DNA of 64,000 nt, from contig OX597826.1 of NCBI GenBank assembly GCA_951406725.2, positions 31,186,001 to 31,250,000 of the forward strand. Direction: 5' to 3'. This stretch comes from Octopus vulgaris (Eukaryota). The notes below the pieces were generated by a model. It was not told where the DNA came from. It saw nothing but the letters and a program-made list of their open reading frames with translations, and searched no databases. The position numbers and the translations under genes are program-made. Shown piece by piece: positions 54,386 through 64,000 of this stretch; the stretch's first letter is position 1, and each line of letters opens with the position of its first letter.

Positions 54386-55642
54386 TATTATTATTATTTT
54401 TATTATTATTATCATTATTATTATTAACGTTGTTAATTATAATAATTACTGTTAAGTTTAGCAATGGATAATCAGTAAATGGTCAACTTTTTTGTTCCAT
54501 TCTTCCTGGAATCGATAAAATAAAATGTCAATCAAATACTGTGAGAGATCAATTAAATTGACCAGCAAGTTAAGTCCTTCCCTTAGTATCTCATTTGTTG
54601 GGGTACCCGGGTATTTTTATCAATGTTTTCCACTCCTCTCTCTCTCTCTCTCTCACTATCTCTCTTTCTCCCTCTCTCTCTCTCACTATCTCTCTTTCTC
54701 CCTCTCTCTCTCTCTTTCTCCCTCTCTCTCTCTTTCTCTCTCCCTACCTAAGTATCGGTTTCAACTTCCTTTCAAGTATTTTATTGAGTCTGGTGGAGCC
54801 CATCTCCTCCCCCAGGATTTCAGTGTCGCAGGACCCCAAAAGTCTGATCTGCTTTTGACGGGTTTTGTTTTTCTTTTAATCCTACGGGGATACCTCACAC
54901 ACACACGCACACACACACACACACACATCTGTCGTAAGGTAAACCATTTGAGATTTCAACTACTCCCTGACAACATAGTTACAAGCTGCGGAATTCCAAC
55001 AAAGAGAAAAGATATTAGTATTACCTAATATAGATTCTTGTTTACTGATCCTATAATATTTCGGGAAAGATACCCCCTTTTGAAATAGAAAATAATGAAA
55101 GACTTCGGAGAAATGAGTTGCAATGTGAATATATACAGTGTGGGGGGGGGATGAAGTTGAACTGGATCCAGAGTTCTTAAGGTCTATTTATATTTATTGT
55201 TTTCAGATATACACGTATGAAAGTAAATAGAAACTAATATGGTAAATGACCTCAATGTGTTACTGTCACTACCTCTATGCAGATATTTATGTTTTATTTA
55301 TGTTTATGTTTTCCAGTTTCAGCTCTTGAGCTGTGGCCATGCTGGGGCACCGCCATTTATGTAACTTTTTTTTAGTATCAAACAAATTAGCATATAAAAG
55401 AAATTACTCCACTTTGCACTGGCACGAATTCATGCAAAGTTATTTGAGCAGTAATGAAAATCGATAATGGACTGCATTGAGTTACATTAGAGAAGAGTTT
55501 CTAAAGATGAAATACGCATGATGCTTCAACCAGAATTAAGTCTATTATGGAATTTCTTAGGAGGTCACTCAGAAAGTTGTTGACAATGAAACCTGTTTTT
55601 CTCTGTCTTTGTTCTTTTATTCCGCTGAACCTTACTGTTACT

Positions 55643-55905
55643 CTTGTTTGTTCCTTCTCGAGCCATGCCTGACTCATAGGGCCAGGTTTCCCGGTTTCCT
55701 TGACGTATAGGTCCGTCGCAGGTGAACTGCAAGATGCAGGAGGAAAGAGTGAAAGAAAGTTGTGGTGAAAGAGTCAGCAGAAGTTCGCCATTACCTTCTG
55801 CCGGAGCCGCGTGAAGCTTAGGTGTTTCGCTCATAAACACACACGTCGCCCGGTCTGAGATTCGAACCCGCGATCCCTCGACCGCTTCTCTAACCACTAA
55901 GCCAC
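55643..55905 (-). mobile_element. SINE family C
   Basis: Reverse-complement match to 14281-14539. Confidence 0.85.
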
Positions 55906-56008
55906 TACTGATACTATACTATACTATAAGATACTGTAAGATACTATACTATAAGATACTATACTATAAGATACTGATACTATAAGATATAATATATTAT
56001 AAGATATA
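55905..56008. repeat. GATACTATACT/ATAA short tandem repeat
   Basis: Seen directly. Confidence 0.85.
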
Positions 56009-57000
56009 TGGCCTCTGGAATTCCTCTAAATACACACCTTCAGAGACCGAGAGACTAATATTATGTTGCAGTGGATATAAAACGAGTAATCTTTTGCAAC
56101 ACTGTACGATTTAAGTAATAAGACAAAATCTGTGTTCACTTTATACAAAAGACCGTTTCAGGAGACTGCCAGTCGCCTGTCGTGATCCAATTCTTAAACT
56201 GCCATCATCACCATCTAGATTCTTCTCTTTCTTTCCCCTCTGTCGCTCTTTTATTATAATGCCAGACAAGACAAGCAGAGAGTCTTTTAAGGGGGTCATC
56301 CTATCAGTGGTTTTTGTGGTGTATTTCATTTTGTTAGACCACAGCGGGGTGGGCGGGCGATGAAACAGCGTTGGTAAGAGAAAAGGGAGGGGAATTGTTT
56401 AAACAGTTTGAAAATCAACGTCTTTTTTTAATTACCAAACACGAGAAAGATGGCGTTATTGTTGTTGTAGCACCAAGTCAGTTCCGATTGAAAAAATTCG
56501 ATGATCAAAAGCGTTCCAGCCTTGACTACTCAGCGTTATTTTTTTCCTCAGAGTTGTGTATCTAAGAGTACATTATCAATGTACCGTCCCTTTCTTTTTA
56601 AGACAATACGATGTGTTATGAAACAGAGACGTCTCTTACTTCAAAGACAGGAACGTCGTCGTTGCTTGACCCCTGGTCAGTCATTGTCCAGTAAACCAAT
56701 CAAAGACGTTACAAACCTTTTATGAGTGTGTGTGTGTGTCTCTCTCTCTCACACACAAATACAGTATTCAGATCAACATTATCAGTCTGGCTGTTACTTT
56801 AGCACTTCAAGTGACCACTTAAAGGACAGACACGCACACATATCCGTACAGGTATGTGTACAGATGTACCCAACGGGTTTCCACAATCATCACTTACCTT
56901 CTCAACAAGATTTATGTGAAAAGATATTTGTCCCAAAAGTCACACAAGATTGAATTCGGAACGTCGTTATTGCAAAGCGAACAACTTAACCATTTGGTCG

Positions 57001-57031
<31 letters not shown>

Positions 57032-57039
57032 ACTTACAT

Positions 57040-57303
57040 TTCAACGCCGCTCCTCTAAATGAAAGCCTTATTTGTCATTGTGGCTTTGTGGCACGAAGAA
57101 AACAGGTCTTTCCGTCTACTCAAGAACACGGAAGAAAGATCCACAAGCACGCGCACAGACTGAGTCCTCAACATGTTCCATTTGTCAAAAAAGTCTACAA
57201 GGTACCAGCAGGCCTCAAGAGACACGTTCGTGTCTATAGAACATGGTTACTGCTTTATTTTACAGAACCTTCACTTGTCGTTCACGACAAGAGAATCCAT
57301 CAT
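57040..57303 (+). mobile_element. LINE 3' end with degenerate C2H2-like knuckles (RTE-like)
   Basis: LICHCGFVAR.. and TCSICQK/VYKVPAGLKRHVRV across a frameshift, short 3' UTR, flanked by (TA)n. Confidence 0.55.
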
Positions 57304-57844
57304 ATATATATATAATATGAATGAATATTATTCCAAACTTACAGGGAAAATTCAATTTGGTGTGTGATATAGTTTTCCGTTCAAGCTTCTGGGTACATAC
57401 GTGGAAGTTGAACGATTTGCTCAGAAGTTGGTCAAAAACCACACAAATTGCCTCTCGTCAGCCATGTTATTACGTTCAACACATTAGCGACATCAAATAT
57501 CGACCAAAAAGAAAATGCAAGTCAATCATTAGCTATAGTCGCTAAAGTGTCAAAAATATTGTGCGTGTATGTATGTAATATACGCATATTATATATATAT
57601 ATGCATATTATATATATATATATAACTAACAATATAGGATGAAGTCCCTTTCTCTACAGAAAAGGAATCCATCAGGAAGCGTGGCAGTATATTAAAAAAC
57701 CGTTACGGTTGAAGTATAAACATCATATAATTAAGGGCTAAAGAGGGTTATTCTAAAGCCAATACACTGATTTATCCACTTATAATCCACTTGTTACAGG
57801 AAAATTGAAACTGAAAACGGGCAACTAACCTTTAGAAAATTTAA

Positions 57845-58090
57845 ATTTCGTTATCTCTATATTGAATCAATTTCGGAATTAATCTTATAAAAGATATATT
57901 CTTTCTTCAGTAGAGCTTTTATTTTTAGATATAAGTGATGTACTCAAGTGTAGTTATGTTTTTAGCTTGTGCTTTTTCCATGATCATACGTGAGTATTTT
58001 ATTTATATCCCATCGAAAGCTCTACTGAAGAAAGAATATATCTTTTATAAGATTAATTCCGAAATTGATTCAATATAGAGATAACGAAAT
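57845..58090. repeat. 75-bp perfect inverted repeat with 96-bp spacer
   Basis: 57845-57919 is the reverse complement of 58016-58090. Confidence 0.92.
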
Positions 58091-58099
58091 ACTCACCCG

Positions 58100-59260
58100 G
58101 TTCCAACGACTCACCAGTCCACTCACTTGGTTTATTTATTAACCCCTGAAGGATACAAGGTAAACTTTACTTTGGCTAGATTTAAACTCCGAACGGAGTG
58201 AGGTGGCGACACATGGAGTCCGACGTTCTGATTACGCCAGTCCACTTCTTTGGTTTGGTATTTATCTAATGACCCCAAAATGATAAAAGGTAAGATTTGA
58301 ACTTACCTTTTGGTAGAATTTGAACTCAGAAAGAAAGAAACCGAGATAAATACCGTAAGACAGCTCATCGACGTTCTAACGCTTCTACCAATTTGCCGTT
58401 AAGGCATGATGGCCATGACCGTAAGGCCTTTTGAGCACAAGTTTTCTTGATTTCCAAACAGTCAACAACAACGACGATAGTCTCCCACTGCCATAAACAC
58501 TTCTGATATTTCATTATGACCCTCATTTCTTCCATGTCTTCCTAGTAAGTTCTTCACTTTATACAAAACTTCAGTGTAATCAACAGAACAGGGTATCGAG
58601 GTTGTTTACACAATGCATAGGGAATTTCTCGAGTGCTTTAAAAAAAGAATTAGGGTCTTGGCAAAAAACCATTCATCAACAGGCTGTAATCATTTGACAA
58701 AAAAAAATCATGTCATTTGGGGTATCACGTTATGTGTAAATGTATTTTAGTCTCAAGTAAATGGTTACAGATAAGTATCCTACCCTGATACGTTATTCTA
58801 TCGCCCCGTGGTGATGAAAAGCGAAGATGACTCTCTCTGGATTTGAACTCAGAATGTAAAGAGTCGTAAAAATGCTGCTGAAAATAATTATCAATTTTTA
58901 TTGTTTATTATTTTTATTTTTTACCATAACTAAAATGTTTGTTTACGTGTATTTGTGCGTGTGTGTGTATGTGTGTATGTATTATGCTTTTGTGTAGATA
59001 TGCGTATGTATACATGTGTGTGTGCGTGTGTATGCTTGTGCTAATTTCTACTCAGACTTTTAATAACTTTTTTATTTCAAAATTTAACGCTATTTCTTCT
59101 GGTTCTTCACGTTCTGAGTTCAAATCCCGCCGAGGTCAGCTTTATCGTTAATCTTTTTCGATTCCATAAAATGAAGTACCCTTCGAATACTAAGATCGAT
59201 ATAATCAACTGTTTCCTCCCACCCACAATTTCCTGTCTTCTACCGTAATCAGAAATTATA
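58100..59260. mobile_element. Cluster of diverged SINE family B fragments
   Basis: Fragments near 58100-58400 (-), 58780-58880 (-) and 59080-59260 (+). Confidence 0.55.
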
Positions 59261-59958
59261 ATTTATTTAGTAGGTGAGAGGCCTCGTCACCACCAAAACT
59301 GCTGTGGTTTAAGTTATTCAGTCCGATCGTGCTCCACTATTACTTGCCAAAAGTAACCCCTTCCCTTTCTTTTAGTCGCCCCAACTCGATCCAGTGGGAG
59401 ACCATTTGCACGGTGTCTCAACCGCCTAAAAATAATAATGAAATGCCTCTCGTATCACATCTCAACGTCTTTAAAAAAAGATAAGGGGCTCGTTGGATAA
59501 TTGTAGTCCAAGATGCATCATAACTAAAAGAAACAAAGATGGAAAAGGATTGTCACGGTTGGAGCCCATTTCATAGTAGGTTTTGTTCCATCATGGTTGA
59601 CACAGAGCTGAATGACAACCAACACTGTCAACATCGCTTTGCACAGCTTCTTGTATACAGGTAAGTAGTTAAATATTAAGTGGGAGAGGTCAAAGGTGGA
59701 TTGGAATGGGAGACAAAAAGGGTGTAGATGAGAGATATTAACGACATTGAAATTGAAACGAAACTGCTACAGTCAAGAAATCGAAACCAGAAAACGGAGT
59801 AAGCCTTAATGGAAGAGCTCCCTTAACGTGTGAGCTATGAACATTTGCCAACCAGGATCGTTGACGTCACCGCATTACAGACTCTCGGACAATGCCGCCT
59901 TAAGATTTAGGCATATTGGTCAGTCGCACGGATCAAGGGGTTCAATTCTGATCTATGT

Positions 59959-60286
59959 ATGCTGTGACTTATTGTCAAGGAATAAATTATATAAGGCTCA
60001 GTACACTGGTTTTCCTGGGACCCACTGGGATATAGGAACCCAACTGATCTCTAAATGCTGTGACTTACCGTCAAATAAATAAATACTATAAGGCTCAGTA
60101 CACTGGTTTTCCTGGGACCCACTGGGATATAGGAACCCAACTGATCTCTAAATGCTGTGACTTACCGTCAAATAAATAAATACTATAAGGCTCAGTACAC
60201 TGGTTTTCCTGGGACCCACTGGGATATAGGAACCCAACTCTGATCTCTAAATGCTGTGGCTTACTGTCAAATAAATAATTACTATA
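59959..60286. repeat. 97-bp tandem repeat, about 3.3 copies
   Basis: ATAAGGCTCAGTACACTGG recurs at 59991, 60088 and 60185 with near-identical intervening sequence. Confidence 0.95.
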
Positions 60287-60535
60287 GATCCGAATGCGAT
60301 GATTAAACCTGGAGGCCTATGAAGTTGCTGAGACAGCCCTGCCCTCGAGTAAAGCAAATGCATTGGGATTAATATGCACACCAGCTTTCATAGATTAACA
60401 ACGGATTCGCTAGAACCCATGGGACCGTCAGACAAACAGCCCAGTGTGGCCTTGACTTGAGACGACACAGCCACTAACAATGTACTTTAGACACCAACAC
60501 ACAACCACACGAAAACATATTGTCTTTTAGCTTTC

Positions 60536-60860
60536 ACTTATTTCAGGGATTAGACTGTGGCCATGCTGGGGCACCGCCTTAAAGAATTTCTAGTCGAAGA
60601 AATCGACCCCAGTACTTATTCTATGTCTCTTTTGTCGAACCGCACTAGATTACAGGTATGTAAACACACCAACACCGGTTGTCGAGCAGCGTAGTGGGCC
60701 CAAACTCAAAGACAGATATATATAATATACATATAACAGGTTTCTTTCGGTTTCCGTCTACCAAATCCACTCACAAGGTTTTGGTCGGACCGAGACTATG
60801 GAAGTAGACATTTGCCCAAAGTGCCTCGCAGTGGGACTGAACCCGGAACCATGTGGTTGA
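60536..60860 (-). mobile_element. SINE family A
   Basis: Same sequence family. Confidence 0.85.
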
Positions 60861-62011
60861 TAGTGGCATTATTTCTTCGATCCTGCCGGGTTTTTTGGGG
60901 TTTTTTTTACTAAGACAAAATATAATTTGCATGCATTATTTTCTTTCCCTCTCTATAGTTGTTCAAATTTAAAAGATTTAAAACCATCTTAAATTTATTA
61001 AACATTGGCAATTTGTCCGCCCCTTTTTTTCAATTCTCAGCTTCTCCCCTCCACCGATGTACATTGTGCCTCACCCCCACCCCACACACACTTACATTAG
61101 AAACAATGGTTCCAACCCATGTCAACTGTGACCGAGCAGAAGTAAAGCTCCAAGGCGTTACAGCCATAAACATCGTTTTGTTTTTCTTCCCAAATATATG
61201 GGGGGGGGGGCATTAACCTCTCTCTCTCATACCACATACCACATTTTGTAAACGGGCTTAAATGTTTATTGGGACGGTGTGTGATTTAAGAGGAATTAAG
61301 CTGCTGTTTTTAGCAGTTCTAACGACTGCATACAGACGCTCTGTGTATGTGCATATATATATATATATATATCGATCGATCGATACAGCTCATGGATTTG
61401 ATAAAAATTGTTGCAGGAACGAACCGGCTCTCGCGCGCATGCGCATACAGTATAAATTCATCAACAGAGGAGCGGTGGGAATAGAACGTTTGCAGGTTAA
61501 CAGGTAAAGGGGTGTGTCCAGTAACACACACACATACACCCTGTGAAGGAAGTGGGGAGGTGGCTATCTTAGAGAGTAAGAGAAATAGAAACAGTGGGAG
61601 AAAGAATAACAATAAAAGTAGCAGAAGGCGTGTCTGTAAGAGATAAAGTGAGAGTAACAGAAAGTAGGGAAGAGATGACAACAGTAGGCGTGGTTAAAAA
61701 GAGAAAAACAGAAACATTGAGAACGTACGTTAATGGGCGGAGCTACAATAGAGACGGTAAAAGCAAGGTGATAGCGGGAGAAGAGCGAGATATTACAATA
61801 GACGAAGAATGAGTGGGAGAGAGAAATTTAGAGTGAAAGTGAGAAATGTGAGGGAGGCGAGTTTCAGAAAAATGAGAGTGGGTGTGGTTTATAAGAAAAT
61901 TGTGGAACAATTACAAGGCGTCAACAGTTAAGAGAGCGCGGAAGATTGACAAGAAGAAACCACAAGAAAATTCATACGACTTATTACATCGATGCGTTCG
62001 CGCACGTGTGT

Positions 62012-62160
62012 GAAGGGGCGTGGCCTTATGGTTAAAATGTTTGGTTCACGATCATGTCGCGGGTTCATTTTCTAGACCGGGCAGCGTGTTGTGTTCTTGA
62101 GCAAGTCCCTTCATTTCACATTGCTCTAGTCTACTTAAATGAAAATAAATACCAGCCAAA
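62012..62160 (+). mobile_element. SINE family D 5' part
   Basis: tRNA-like head plus GTGTTCTTGAGCAAG..ATTTCAC. Confidence 0.7.
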
Positions 62161-62322
62161 AGCTGGTGCAGCTCTCTCTTTCACGCCCTGTCACACACAC
62201 ACACACACACTGTAGATGTTCCGCTGGATCAAAGGGTGGGATTAGTCACATAAGGGTGTCTGTATCAACTTGCGACTATGTAAGCCCCTAAAACAAACAA
62301 AAAAAAAAGCATGGTACACTAC

Positions 62323-62600
62323 GCTGTCTTCTACTATATAGCCTAGAGCTGACCAAAGCCTTGTGAATAGATTTGGTAGGTGGAAACTGAGAGAATCCAG
62401 TCGTGTGTGTATGAGCGTGTCCCCCACCATCGCTTCACAACTAGTGTTGGTGTGTTTACGTCCCCGTAACTTAGCGGTTTAGCAAAAAGAGACCAGGCTT
62501 TAAAGAAAAAAAAATCTTACTGATGATTTGTTCGACTAAAGCCTTCAAGGCGATGTTCCAGTATGGCCGCAGCCCAGTGACCGAAACAAGTAAAAGATAC
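62323..62600 (+). mobile_element. SINE family A, 5'-truncated
   Basis: Same family body and tail. Confidence 0.8.
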
Positions 62601-62604
62601 AAAT

Positions 62605-62860
62605 TTACGAAGTGGGATGCTGGATTGAATAAATCCTCAGAAGGCCCCAGCATCGTGGCACCCCCAGACAGTATGTCTGGTAGGGACCCACGAGATAAAA
62701 AGAAAAGGGCAAGGCGGTCTCGACAACATGACATGGGAACGGGAGATTCCGAATGGAACTGAGAATAAGGGAGGAAGTTCCATGATACGGATGATTGGAA
62801 GAAAATAATCAATGGCCTATGCCCCTGGAGGGGAGTCGAGAATGTGAGTGAATGAATGAC
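62605..62860 (+). mobile_element. RTE-like LINE 3' end
   Basis: Basic stretch followed by DTDDWKKIINGLCPWRG and a short (TGAA)n tail. Confidence 0.6.
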
Positions 62861-64000
62861 AGAACAATGGGGGGAAGGGGAAATAACAAAATGTCTCATA
62901 AACAATTTTTTTTAATGTTTTATTTTTCAATCTCATTTTTTTTAATGCAGTATTATTATTATTATTTTTATTTTATTAAATTTAAATTCTATAAAGAATC
63001 GTCAGCAAATAACAAAAGCTACACTACTCAAGTGAGGCACTGGTGCTCAAAGAAAAAAAAAATATTCAGGCAGAAGTTACTTATTTCAAAAAAAAAAAAC
63101 TCATGACAAAATTTTTTGATCCCACCCCCACATAAAACAAATTTCAATTTCGTTTTCAGTTTGGAATTTCAAATTTAAACAAAAAAAAAGTTTGCTATTT
63201 TTTAAAGTTTTCCTAAAATTGAAATTAGAAAGACAGAAAATTATCAAAAAAAAATCTTTTAAATTGTTAAATCTGAAAACTTAGAGTAAAAAATATATAT
63301 ATAAATAAATAAAAATTCATTAAAATCCAATAAATAACTGAAATTTAATTTCAAATTGATTTTTTTAAATTAAAATTTTTAAGGGGTTTTTCTTTTTTGC
63401 AATTATTTAATCAATCAATTAAATTCCATTTTAAGTTCAAAACTTTGAATTTACATCACTTCATCCACCTCTTGCCTTTTTTTTTTTTTAATATATATAC
63501 ACACAGATTTCAATTTCTGAAAGTATATTAGATTGGTTAAATTTGAAATTTCAAACTGAAACAACTGAAATTTAAAAAAAAAAAAAAAAAATTTTTACAA
63601 ATTGAATTAAATTGAAATCCCCTTTTACAAGTTATAAACATTTTTTTTTAATTATTTTCCAAAGGCCAGCTTTGGAAGAGAAGAGGGGAAGAAAAAAAAT
63701 TTTTCATTTTCATCTCTGTTTCGACAGAGGCTTTAACTGTTTTTTTAGTGTCGCTTTCTGATAGGTGAGATCTTAAAAAGATTGTTGGGTTATTTATTTT
63801 GTTATTAGTTTACAAACAGCTGATCAACAGCAAAATTAATTAGTTAATTAAACAATGGAATTTGTACACAAAACATAAAAATCAGCTTGTAATTTGGTTT
63901 CAAAAAGAAAAAAGGTTTAAATGGAAAAGAGAAAGTGGTTTCATTAAAAAAAAAAAAATTAATTTCACATAAAAAATCTAATGTTCATATTTGTATTTAA

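Noticed and set aside
59959-60286. CRISPR-like array
   Set aside because: Whole 97-bp units are repeated with no unique spacers; no cas genes; eukaryotic context.

Overview
AT-rich eukaryotic (metazoan) genomic DNA dominated by microsatellites and tRNA-derived SINEs. The repeat families look like those of coleoid cephalopods, most likely Octopus; this is inferred from repeat content only. One gene is well supported: four + strand coding exons (28255-29229, 47364-47540, 49479-49907, 52479-53812; all introns phase 1, GT-AG). They encode about 970 aa of a THSD1-like type I membrane protein with THSD1-type ectodomain, TSP1, an extra CUB domain, a TM helix and a long S/T/P/K-rich tail; I could not locate the signal-peptide exon. 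Other contents: a near full-length but dead DD36E-spaced Tc1 element, several MITEs and non-autonomous DNA transposons, RTE and CR1-like LINE fragments, Penelope-type hammerhead-like relics, long hairpins, a local duplication, a 97-bp tandem repeat, and weak hints of a minus-strand gene. Most ORFs in the track are microsatellite artefacts. I see no CRISPR array, rRNA, true tRNA gene or prokaryote-type system, and I cannot support a claim of a wholly new system. Repeat boundaries are approximate.
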